From Patescibacteria group bacterium (GTDB lineage: Bacteria; Patescibacteriota; Minisyncoccia; UBA6257; JAAZHW01), in contig JAOAGL010000001.1 in assembly GCA_026415775.1 (NCBI GenBank), positions 334,233 to 398,232 on the forward strand: a stretch of 64,000 bases of DNA, read 5' to 3'. The notes beneath the pieces are model-generated. The model did no database searches. It saw only the letters and a program-made list of their open reading frames with translations, and had not been told where the DNA came from. Below are positions 30,743-39,097 of the stretch, piece after piece (position 1 is the stretch's first letter; every line of letters begins with the position of its first letter). A program made the translations under genes and the position numbers.

Positions 30743-31090
30743 ATGAATGAGTGTATTTTTTGCCAAATTATTAATAAAAAAATTCCCTCAGAAATCGTTT
30801 TAGAAAACGATAAAGTTATTGTTTTTAAAGATATAAATCCCAAAGCCGAAATCCATCTTTTGATTGTTCCCAAAAAACATATAGCAAATATAAACGAAAT
30901 TAATGAAGAAGATAGGGAATTGTTGGGAGAACTTTTTTTAACTGCTAAAAAAATAGCACAACAATTATCATTAATTGAAAAAGGTTATAAATTGGTAATG
31001 AATGTTGGTCGAGGCGCCGGTCAATTAATCGACCACATTCATTTACATCTTTTAAGTGGTTCATTTAATAGGTCGCTTAAAGAAATATAA
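30743..31090 (+). CDS. HIT-family (Hint-like) nucleotide hydrolase
   Basis: Histidine triad HIHLHLL; 115 aa. Confidence 0.8.
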   Translation: MNECIFCQIINKKIPSEIVLENDKVIVFKDINPKAEIHLLIVPKKHIANINEINEEDRELLGELFLTAKKIAQQLSLIEKGYKLVMNVGRGAGQLIDHIHLHLLSGSFNRSLKEI

Positions 31091-31101
31091 ATAAAGAGTT
31101 T

Positions 31102-31392
31102 ATGGCTATTGAAGTGAATAAAAAACCGAACGAGCCAATTAATAATTTTCTTTTACGATTTAATCGCGCTTTAAAACAAGCTGCTGTTTTAGATGAGGCA
31201 CGAAAAAAACGTTTTTTTGAACCAGAAATAAATCGTAATCGCAAAAAACAATCAGCGGTATATCGCGCACAAATAAAAGAAAAAATAATGGCTCTCAAAA
31301 AAAGAGGGATTCTTACTGGGAAAGAAGATCTTAAGCTAATCAAAAAACTCTTAAGAAATCCCAAATGGTCTTTTACTAATTTGCCTAAATAA
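31102..31392 (+). CDS. rpsU: 30S ribosomal protein S21 (with C-terminal extension)
   Basis: MAIEVNKKPNEPINNFLLRFNRALKQAAVLDEARKKRFFEPEINRNRKKQSAVYRA matches the S21 consensus (PxVxVxxNEPxxxALRRFKR...GVL.E.R.R.F). Confidence 0.75.
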   Translation: MAIEVNKKPNEPINNFLLRFNRALKQAAVLDEARKKRFFEPEINRNRKKQSAVYRAQIKEKIMALKKRGILTGKEDLKLIKKLLRNPKWSFTNLPK

Positions 31393-32642
31393 TGAAACCT
31401 TTTCTTGTTTTAGATTTAGGTAATCAAAATATCAGGGGGTTGGTAGTTCAACCAACAAAAGATTATTCCAAAATAAAAATTTATACGGTTTTTGAGCGAC
31501 TCTCTGATGGTATGAATAAAGGCGCCATTAATGATTATGGTGCCTTTTGTAATGTTTTGTTTGAAACTTTTGAGGATATAAATAAGTTAGGGTTTAATCC
31601 GAAACAGGTGGTAGTTAATATTGCTTCGCCCCATTCAAATTTTAAAATAACTAAAACAACAGGGGGAGTAACAAGGGGAGATTCTCAGATTACCAGGAAT
31701 GATCTTGTACAACTTGAAGAAAAAATTTATGAAACCCACAGTGAAACAAGTAATAAAATTATTGAACATATTATTCCTCGAGATTACACCGTTGATGGTT
31801 TGACTAATATTAAAGATCCAATTGGGATGCACGGATATCGTTTAGAAATGGAAGCGGCTGTAATTGAGGTATTAAATACTCATTTCCAAAATCTTTCCAA
31901 GGTTTTTAAAGAATTAAACAAAAATTTGTTGATCTCGCCAGTTTTTAGTCCTTTGGCAGCTTCTTTTGGTTGTCTGACTAAAAAACAACAAAATGTTGGT
32001 ACTATTTTAGTTGATATTGGCGCTCAAAATACCAGTTATATTATTTACGAAGATGACAAATTAATTGATACAAAAATTTTACATTTAGGAGCTGATAGTA
32101 TTACGCATGATATTGCTATTTGTTTGAAAGTACCTCTAGAAACAGCAGAAAAAATTAAATTAACTTGCGGTTATGCTTTAGCGGCCGAAGTTAGTCGTAA
32201 AGAAAATATCGATGTTTCTAAAATCAGTAAGGAAATTGATTATGCAATCAATAAACGATATTTAGCGGAAATTATTGAAGCTCGATTAGAAGAACTTTTT
32301 GGATTTATTAATAACGAAATTAAGAAAAATAATGTCTATAATAAATTAGCGGGTGGCGTGGTTTTGGTTGGCGGTGGCGCCAAGTTGCCCGGTATGGTTG
32401 ATTTTATTAAAAAATATTTAAAATTGCCCGCTAAAATAGGATATCCCAATTTAGAACAAATTGAAGCAAGCGAAAAACATTTGGATTTGATTGATGATCC
32501 ATCATTTGTTGAAGTTGTAGGATTGGCATTGTTTATGTTGGCTTATTCTTTTAGTGGTAAGTCTATTGAGTTTGTAAAAACAATGCCCCCTAGTGATATA
32601 TTGAATAAAATTAAAAAATTCTTTAAAATCTTTTTACCTTAA
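31392..32642 (+). CDS. ftsA: Cell division protein FtsA (actin-like ATPase)
   Basis: 416 aa; LVLDLGNQNIRGLVV is phosphate-1-like; VVLVGGGAKLPGMVDFIKKYL; immediately upstream of ftsZ. Confidence 0.85.
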   Translation: MKPFLVLDLGNQNIRGLVVQPTKDYSKIKIYTVFERLSDGMNKGAINDYGAFCNVLFETFEDINKLGFNPKQVVVNIASPHSNFKITKTTGGVTRGDSQITRNDLVQLEEKIYETHSETSNKIIEHIIPRDYTVDGLTNIKDPIGMHGYRLEMEAAVIEVLNTHFQNLSKVFKELNKNLLISPVFSPLAASFGCLTKKQQNVGTILVDIGAQNTSYIIYEDDKLIDTKILHLGADSITHDIAICLKVPLETAEKIKLTCGYALAAEVSRKENIDVSKISKEIDYAINKRYLAEIIEARLEELFGFINNEIKKNNVYNKLAGGVVLVGGGAKLPGMVDFIKKYLKLPAKIGYPNLEQIEASEKHLDLIDDPSFVEVVGLALFMLAYSFSGKSIEFVKTMPPSDILNKIKKFFKIFLP

Positions 32643-32648
32643 AAAATT

Positions 32649-33959
32649 ATGACTACAAAAAAGAAAAATAAAAAAATTAAAAAACAACAGAAAAAATTGA
32701 TAAAAACTCAGAAAAAAACAAAAAGAATTAAGGCAAGAAAAAAAGCCGATTTAAAAAAGAAGAGGGCAACAAAACAAACTTTAGAAACATCGGTAATATT
32801 GCCAAAAATTGCAGTTAAAAACTTGAGAAAAAATAAAGCAAAATCCTCTAAAGAAAATCATCTAATAGAATTGGGGAATTTTCCCGTGATTAAGGTTATC
32901 GGCATTGGCGGTGCAGGCGGAAATATTTTATCAAGAATGAAGCAGGCAAAAATTCAGGGAGTAGAATTTATCGCTGTTAATACCGATTTACAGGATTTAT
33001 ACAAATGCGGCATTCGGCGTCGAATTCATATAGGGAAAAATATTTCTAAAGGAATGGGAACAGGAATGAATCCAGAAATTGGTCGCCAAGCCGCAGAAGA
33101 ATCCCGCCCTCAAATAGAAGAGGCCCTAAAAGGCGCCGATCTCGTTTTTCTAACCTGCGGATTAGGCGGTGGAACTGGTTCTGGCGCTACGCCTGTAATT
33201 GCCGATGTTTGTCAACAGCTCGGGGTTTTAACGGTTGCTGTAATGACAAAACCTTTTTCTTTTGAAGGTAGTAAGCGTTCGCAAATCGCCGAGGAAGCGC
33301 TTTTGAAAATTAAAGATAAAGTAGATTCTTATATAGTTATTCCCAATGACAGAATTTTTAATATCATTGATAATTCAACTCCTCTTTATAAAGCTTTTGA
33401 GTTAATCGATGATATTTTAAGACAATCAGTAAAGGGTATTAGTGATTTAATCAATATGCCCGGTATTATTAATGTTGATTTTTCTGATATAAAGACCATA
33501 TTAAGTAATGCCGGGATGACGTTAATAGGATTAGGAAAGGCCAGTGGGGCAGAGCGCGCTGTAAATGCAGCGAAGAATGCTCTTAATTCTCCATTATTTG
33601 AATATTCTCCTCATATGGCTAAAGGTGTCTTGTTTAATATTATGGGAGATAGTAGTCTGACGATGACGGAAATTAATGAGGCAGCACGTTTAATCACAGA
33701 AATTGTTGATCCTTCTGCCAAAATTATTTTTGGCGCCATGGAAGATCCAAAAATTAAAAAAGGGGAAATAAAAATTATGATTATTGCGGCAGGATTTGAT
33801 AATTCTTCAAAATACCAATCCTACACGGCAAATCAACAAAGAACTATTTCTAAATCTAATATAGAAACTATTACTACAGAAATTAAAGAAGAAAAAGAAT
33901 TAATACCTACAGATTCTCTAGAAGAAATTCCAGCTTTTTTGCGAAAAAAGAAAAAATAA
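32649..33959 (+). CDS. ftsZ: Cell division protein FtsZ (with about 85-aa Lys-rich N-terminal extension if the ATG at 32649 is used)
   Basis: Tubulin signature GGGTGSGATPV; IKVIGIGGAGGN; T7 loop region. Confidence 0.9.
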   Translation: MTTKKKNKKIKKQQKKLIKTQKKTKRIKARKKADLKKKRATKQTLETSVILPKIAVKNLRKNKAKSSKENHLIELGNFPVIKVIGIGGAGGNILSRMKQAKIQGVEFIAVNTDLQDLYKCGIRRRIHIGKNISKGMGTGMNPEIGRQAAEESRPQIEEALKGADLVFLTCGLGGGTGSGATPVIADVCQQLGVLTVAVMTKPFSFEGSKRSQIAEEALLKIKDKVDSYIVIPNDRIFNIIDNSTPLYKAFELIDDILRQSVKGISDLINMPGIINVDFSDIKTILSNAGMTLIGLGKASGAERAVNAAKNALNSPLFEYSPHMAKGVLFNIMGDSSLTMTEINEAARLITEIVDPSAKIIFGAMEDPKIKKGEIKIMIIAAGFDNSSKYQSYTANQQRTISKSNIETITTEIKEEKELIPTDSLEEIPAFLRKKKK

Positions 33960-33964
33960 TTCAT

Positions 33965-35995
33965 TTATTCTTTATTTTTTTCTAATTGGGATTCTGGTTT
34001 TGTCCAGGAAGCATAGTTACATTCGGGATAGCGAGAACACCCATAAAAAATCCTTCCTTTCTTTGTTTTTCGTATTACAATATAACCATCATTACACTTC
34101 GGACATTTTAGTTCAGTGAGGTGATTATTATTATTCATTAAACTTTTGGTATTTTTGCACTTGGGAAAATTAGAGCAAGCCAGAAATTTACCATAACGGC
34201 CGTATTTAATTACCATTTCAGCACCGCACAATTCGCATTTTTCATTTGTTTTTTCTTCAATAGTATTTTTAGCTACTTCAATATATTTTTTGTCGAGGTT
34301 TTCTTTAAAAGGAAGGTAAAATTCGCGTATAACATCTTGCCAGTTAATTTTTCCATCGGCAATTTTATCCAAATCTTCTTCAATTTTTGCAGTAAAACCA
34401 ATATCAATAATTTGGGGAAAATGCTGAGTAAGTATATCATCAACTAATATGCCGATTTCTGTTGGTATAAATTTTTTATTTTCATCTAACTCAACGTATC
34501 GTCTTTCTTTTAGGATGGAGATGATTGTGGCATAAGTTGAAGGGCGGCCAATACCATAATCTTCTAGTGTTTTAATCAAACTAGCTTCGGAATAGCGAGG
34601 AGGGGGTTCGGTGAAATGTTGAAGAGGAACAACTTTTTTAACTAATAATTTTTGATTTTCTTGAAGTGGGGGCAATTCATTTTCTTCAAATTTTATCGGA
34701 TAAACTTTTAAAAAACCATCAAAAATTAATTGACTGCCGATAGTTTTAAGGAAAAAAACATCATCATCGTTTTTCGCTTTTATATCAATCAATAATTTTT
34801 TAATTTGAGCCGGCGCCATTTGAGAAGCAATAAATCGTTGCCAAATTAAAGTGTAAAGTTTATAAAGTTTATTATCAACCCTACCTTTAATTTTTTCTGG
34901 TAAAATATTGGGGTCGGTGGGGCGAATAGCTTCGTGAGCTTCTTGAGCGAGGCGAGATTTATTAATAAATTGACGACGATTGTAATATTTTTCCGAGAAT
35001 TGATTTATTATTACTTCTTTGGCTTTATTTAATGACTCCTCTGATAAATTAACGGAGTCAGTCCTCATATAAGTAATTAAACCTGTTGGTCCTTTACCAA
35101 AATCAATTCCTTCGTAAAGCTTTTGAGCTAAAAGCATTGTTTGTTTGGCTGAGAAATGAAGTTTTTTCCAGGCCTCTTGTTGGAGGGTGCTAGTAATGAA
35201 AGGTGGTAGAGGATTTTTTTGGGTTAATTTTTCTTCAATTTTATTTATAATAAAATCTGCCTTTTTCAGTTTATCAACAATTTCTTCAGCATCTTTTTGT
35301 TTTTTTATATCGAATTTACCCAAAACCTTTTCATTAATTTTATAAAGATGGGCACAAAAGCATTTTTTGCTGCCGGTTAGAAAATCAGCTGAAATTGTCC
35401 AATATTCTTCTGGTTGAAATTTTTTGCGTTCATTTTCTCGCTCAACAATTAAATGCAAGGCTGCTGATTGAACTCGTCCAGCAGATAAACCATGAAAAAT
35501 TTTTTTCCAAAGAAAAGGGGAGAGAAGGTAACCGACTAAACGATCTAAAATTCTTCTGGCTTGTTGAGAAAAAACTAGATTCATATTGATATCACGAGGA
35601 TTAAGCAAGGCATTTTTAATAGCTGATTCAGTAATTTCGTGAAAAGCGATACGTTTAATATTTTTATCAGATAAATTATTGTTTAATAAAGTTTCTTTTA
35701 AATGCCAGGCAATGGCTTCTCCTTCACGGTCTTCATCGGTAGCCAGAATAATTTCAGAGCTTTTTTCAGCTATTTTTTTTAATTTCGTTAATTGTTTTTG
35801 ATTTTTTCGAATAATGATATATTGTGGCTTAAAATCATTTTCTATATCAATGCCTAATTTTGATTTTGGCAAATCCCTTACATGGCCATAAGACGCCTCA
35901 ACAAAATAATCAACCGTTAAAAAGCGGCTAATAGTTTTTGCTTTGGTCGGAGACTCTACAATGACTAAATTTTTCTTTTTATTTTTAACAGGCAT
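33965..35995 (-). CDS. topA: DNA topoisomerase I with C-terminal zinc ribbons
   Basis: 676 aa; TOPRIM N-terminus LVIVESPTKAKTI; active-site Tyr region; C-terminal CxxC...CxxC pairs. Confidence 0.9.
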   Translation of the reverse strand: MPVKNKKKNLVIVESPTKAKTISRFLTVDYFVEASYGHVRDLPKSKLGIDIENDFKPQYIIIRKNQKQLTKLKKIAEKSSEIILATDEDREGEAIAWHLKETLLNNNLSDKNIKRIAFHEITESAIKNALLNPRDINMNLVFSQQARRILDRLVGYLLSPFLWKKIFHGLSAGRVQSAALHLIVERENERKKFQPEEYWTISADFLTGSKKCFCAHLYKINEKVLGKFDIKKQKDAEEIVDKLKKADFIINKIEEKLTQKNPLPPFITSTLQQEAWKKLHFSAKQTMLLAQKLYEGIDFGKGPTGLITYMRTDSVNLSEESLNKAKEVIINQFSEKYYNRRQFINKSRLAQEAHEAIRPTDPNILPEKIKGRVDNKLYKLYTLIWQRFIASQMAPAQIKKLLIDIKAKNDDDVFFLKTIGSQLIFDGFLKVYPIKFEENELPPLQENQKLLVKKVVPLQHFTEPPPRYSEASLIKTLEDYGIGRPSTYATIISILKERRYVELDENKKFIPTEIGILVDDILTQHFPQIIDIGFTAKIEEDLDKIADGKINWQDVIREFYLPFKENLDKKYIEVAKNTIEEKTNEKCELCGAEMVIKYGRYGKFLACSNFPKCKNTKSLMNNNNHLTELKCPKCNDGYIVIRKTKKGRIFYGCSRYPECNYASWTKPESQLEKNKE

Positions 35996-36004
35996 ATTTA
36001 AAAT

Positions 36005-37123
36005 TTAAAACTTCACTTGATATCCGCCCATATCCCACTTAATTAAATTTTTTAATTCCAACAGTGTAATAATTTGATTAACGACGCCAGTATCAAATTC
36101 GGAAATTTTTATAATATCATCAATAGAAAGGGGGGATTCTGATTTCTTTATAATATCCAATATTTTCTTTTCTTCAACAGTTAAATTATTAAATAATGTT
36201 TTTGTTTTTTCAAAATCAATGTTTAGGGTTAAATTCTTTGCAATATTCAATTCATCTAAAATATCTCCGATGTTATGAACTAATTTGGCGCCCGATTTAA
36301 TTAATTGATGATTGCCTTCATAATTCTGGGAAAAAATTGATCCGGGGACGGCGAAAACTTCTCGATTTTGTTCTAGGGCAAAACGAGCCGTAATGAGAGA
36401 GCCAGATTTTAATGGAGCTTCAATCACAATAGTTCCAAGAGCTAAACCGCTAATAATTCTATTGCGAGCTGGGAAATGATGTTTAAGCGGCGGAGTTGAA
36501 AGAGGATATTCCGAAATTAAAGCTCCACTTTTAACAATTCTTTCGGATAATTTTCTATTTGCAGAAGGAAAAATGATGTCCAATCCCGATCCTAATACGG
36601 CAATAGTTTGTCCTTTGTTTTCTAATGTAGTTTGATGACAAATAGTATCAATTCCATAAGCTAATCCGCTAACAGTAATAAATCCACATTCTACTAATTC
36701 TTTTGTAATTTTTTCCGCAACCATTTTTCCATAATTAGTAGCTTTGCGCGTTCCCACAATTGCTATTATTGGTTTATTATTAAAATCAAATTCGCCAAAA
36801 ATATAAATTCCTAAAGGTGGTTCGGCGATTTCTTTTAATAAAGAGGGGTATTCTTTTTCTTCTAATAAAATCAATTTATACTCCCCATCTTCTAATTTTT
36901 CCCATTCTTTTTGAGGATTAATTTTTTGTTTGTTTTGGTAAAAATTCTGGATAGTTTCTAAAGAAAATTTTGGGTAATAATTTAGAAAATCATTATAATC
37001 ATCAACAAACCAGATTTTTTCAAAAGATTTATAAAAATTCTTTAGTTTGCTCAGTAGATTATAATTGCAGGCGCTGGCTAGATTTAAGGCATTGAAATAA
37101 ATTTTTTCCTTCAAATTTTGCAT
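36005..37123 (-). CDS. dprA: DNA processing protein DprA (Smf)
   Basis: IAIVGTRKATNYGKMVAEKIT...VSGLAYGIDTICH is the Rossmann-like DprA core; conserved smf-topA arrangement. Confidence 0.85.
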   Translation of the reverse strand: MQNLKEKIYFNALNLASACNYNLLSKLKNFYKSFEKIWFVDDYNDFLNYYPKFSLETIQNFYQNKQKINPQKEWEKLEDGEYKLILLEEKEYPSLLKEIAEPPLGIYIFGEFDFNNKPIIAIVGTRKATNYGKMVAEKITKELVECGFITVSGLAYGIDTICHQTTLENKGQTIAVLGSGLDIIFPSANRKLSERIVKSGALISEYPLSTPPLKHHFPARNRIISGLALGTIVIEAPLKSGSLITARFALEQNREVFAVPGSIFSQNYEGNHQLIKSGAKLVHNIGDILDELNIAKNLTLNIDFEKTKTLFNNLTVEEKKILDIIKKSESPLSIDDIIKISEFDTGVVNQIITLLELKNLIKWDMGGYQVKF

Positions 37124-37191
37124 ATTTTTTGTTAAAATAATAAAGCCTTGTTTTATCAGTGATTTTATCTTATAATATATAAAATTTTTGA

Positions 37192-37800
37192 ATGCTTGTA
37201 AAATCTATGCCCAATAATCAAAATAATCAAGGTAGGAAATCTTTTTTTGCCAATATCGACAAGAGAATAATAAAGTCGCTTACGATTTATGGCATTATAA
37301 TCGCAATTTTTATTCTAGCTTTGATATTATCATTTTCAATTATTAAAAAACAGGGATCTGCAATAAAAAACACAAGAATTGAATATTCGACCTTATTACA
37401 ACAATCAGAAATTTATAGTAATTTACAAAAAAATGCAAAATTATTATTGCCTTATACAAAAAATATTCAAAATTTAATTCCTGATAAAAATCACTTGATT
37501 GATTTTAGTGAATATTTAAATCAATTAGCAAATAAGCATAATTTAGAATTGGGTTTGGTTTTTAAAGAAGTGGGTGCTGACGATGAGAAAAAAATTGTTT
37601 TTCAAAATATTGACCAGGCGACTTTTTCAATAAATATTCGAGGAACATCAGATGATTTTTTGGCCTTCATCAAAGATTTAAAAACATTTCCGTATTTTAT
37701 CGACTTTTATAATTTCAATATTACAAGCACCGGAGTCAATGCTGATAAAAAAGAAGTTTTTTCTTATAATATAGAAGGGAAGGTCTTTATCCAAAAATAA
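37192..37800 (+). CDS. Hypothetical bitopic membrane protein (PilN/PilO-like architecture)
   Basis: 202 aa with a short N-terminus, one TM (residues about 28-50) and an alpha/beta C-domain. Assignment is by architecture only. Confidence 0.3.
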   Translation: MLVKSMPNNQNNQGRKSFFANIDKRIIKSLTIYGIIIAIFILALILSFSIIKKQGSAIKNTRIEYSTLLQQSEIYSNLQKNAKLLLPYTKNIQNLIPDKNHLIDFSEYLNQLANKHNLELGLVFKEVGADDEKKIVFQNIDQATFSINIRGTSDDFLAFIKDLKTFPYFIDFYNFNITSTGVNADKKEVFSYNIEGKVFIQK

Positions 37801-37806
37801 AATAAT

Positions 37807-38283
37807 ATGTCTCTTTTTTCAACAAAACAAAAAAATCATAATACTTTTAACCCCAAAGAATTAAATCGCAAACAACTCCAACAGCAAAACTTGATTTTTA
37901 TAATTTCTGCGATTATTATAATAATAGGATTAATTGTGGTGGTGGTGTATACTATCAATTTTTTAGTTGGACAGATGGATGAAATTTTTGAAACAGTAAA
38001 AAATACAGACGTTAATTTAGAGGGATTTGATATTAAAGGATTTAACGAGATAAAAGAAAAATTGCAATTAGGAGGAAGTGAAATAGAGAAATTTTTGGAA
38101 GAAATAGAAGAAACAATAAATCAAACTGCTACTACGACACCAAAAGAAGGTTTTATGGAAGGAGTTACTAGTACTTTAGAAAACGTCACTACTACCGTCA
38201 CTATTACTTCTTCGCCTCCTTCAACTATTTCTGCCACCCCAACAACTACTTTAACAATTACGCCTTCGCCAGAAGGATTCTAA
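37807..38283 (+). CDS. Hypothetical bitopic membrane protein with Thr/Ser/Pro-rich C-terminus
   Basis: 158 aa; TM at about residues 30-52; C-terminal TTTPKEG...TTTVTITSSPPSTISATPTTTLTITPSPEGF low-complexity tail. Confidence 0.35.
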   Translation: MSLFSTKQKNHNTFNPKELNRKQLQQQNLIFIISAIIIIIGLIVVVVYTINFLVGQMDEIFETVKNTDVNLEGFDIKGFNEIKEKLQLGGSEIEKFLEEIEETINQTATTTPKEGFMEGVTSTLENVTTTVTITSSPPSTISATPTTTLTITPSPEGF

Positions 38284-38286
38284 AAT

Positions 38287-38361
38287 GCGTGTGTAGTTCA
38301 GTGGTAGAACGCTGTCCTGATAAGACAGAGGTCGGAGGTTCGATCCCTCCCACACGCACCA
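38287..38361 (+). tRNA. tRNA-Ile (anticodon GAU), CCA encoded
   Basis: Cloverleaf: acceptor GCGTGTG/CACACGC, D-arm GTTC/GAAC, anticodon loop CTGATAA, T-loop GGTTCGATCC, discriminator A, CCA. Confidence 0.85.
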
Positions 38362-38389
38362 TTGACAAATAATATGTTTTGATTATAAT
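38362..38389 (+). promoter_or_regulatory. Consensus sigma70-type promoter TTGACA-N16-TATAAT
   Basis: TTGACA at 38362-38367 (abutting the tRNA CCA end), TATAAT at 38384-38389. Confidence 0.45.
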
Positions 38390-38397
38390 AGAAAGTG

Positions 38398-38476
38398 AAG
38401 TGAGTGCTTTTCCTGAACGTTTATTCGTTTAGGAAATCCAATTACCGTGGAAAGCCGCCCGTAAGGGCGGTTTTCT
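38398..38476 (+). ncRNA. Candidate small RNA (about 75-80 nt) bounded by a consensus promoter and an intrinsic terminator
   Basis: Predicted transcript begins about 38396-38398 and ends at hairpin AAGCCGCCC-gtaa-GGGCGGTTTT (38451-38476). Internal imperfect hairpin CCTGAACG/CGTTTAGG. No ORF or Shine-Dalgarno-like sequence. Confidence 0.3.
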
Positions 38477-38551
38477 TCATTATTTCTTGATTTTGATTAT
38501 TTTTTTGATATACTTGGGACAGTATTTAAATCTTTAAAAAGGAGGTGCAAA

Positions 38552-38935
38552 GTGATTTTAAAATATTCCGATTTAAATAAGGAAGAGCAAGATATTTTGA
38601 TTAGAGCAAAAGAAGCTAGAAAATTATTCGTTCTTTTTTCAACAGCAGAAGCGGGAGTTACTTTGAAAATAAGCGATGGAAGAATCATGACCCATGGTAA
38701 TCTTGATCCAACGGCTCTATATCCCAGTCTCAATGCTATTCTGGTGCTAATAAAAAATATAAGAAAGAATGACAAAATAGAAAAAATTGCTATTGTAAGT
38801 AATGAAAGTAAAGAAGTTTGGGAAACGGCGATATATGTATTAAAAAGATTCCTAAAAGAGCGGTGTGAAAATGCAGAAATTTTTATTTCAAATCCAACAC
38901 TTGAAATAATAAATAAATACAAATTAACCATTTAA
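38552..38935 (+). CDS. Hypothetical protein (127 aa), GTG start with strong Shine-Dalgarno-like sequence
   Basis: AAAGGAGGTG 5 nt upstream of the GTG at 38552; own terminator downstream; no recognisable motif. Confidence 0.5.
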   Translation: MILKYSDLNKEEQDILIRAKEARKLFVLFSTAEAGVTLKISDGRIMTHGNLDPTALYPSLNAILVLIKNIRKNDKIEKIAIVSNESKEVWETAIYVLKRFLKERCENAEIFISNPTLEIINKYKLTI

Positions 38936-38958
38936 AAGCGCCCTCTGGCGCTTTTCTA
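38934..38958 (+). terminator. Rho-independent terminator
   Basis: AAAAGCGCC-ctct-GGCGCTTTT. Confidence 0.55.
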
Positions 38959-39013
38959 TTTTTAATTGCTCTTTTATAGAAATTGATTATAATATTAAAT
39001 AGATTCGGTTCTA

Positions 39014-39077
39014 TTCTGGCCCGAAGGTTGAGCACTCACTTAAATGGTAATTGGAGTCAACCTCCTTCGGGCCAGAA
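39014..39077 (+). promoter_or_regulatory. Long perfect hairpin in the murB leader (14-bp stem, no U-tract)
   Basis: TTCTGGCCCGAAGG ... CCTTCGGGCCAGAA with an inner AGGTTGA/TCAACCT pairing. Lies 20 nt upstream of the murB ATG at 39098. Confidence 0.35.
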
Positions 39078-39097
39078 TGGAACGGAAGCAAATAAAA

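Noticed and set aside
31077-31364. 95-aa minus-strand ORF
   Set aside because: It is antisense to rpsU (S21), which has clear family motifs on the plus strand.
38497-38931. 144-aa ORF on the minus strand overlapping the 127-aa plus-strand ORF
   Set aside because: There is no Shine-Dalgarno-like sequence, and it runs into the plus-strand Shine-Dalgarno / terminator context. The plus-strand ORF has a near-perfect Shine-Dalgarno-like sequence and a GTG start, so the antisense ORF is treated as a shadow. The overlap itself is noted in findings.
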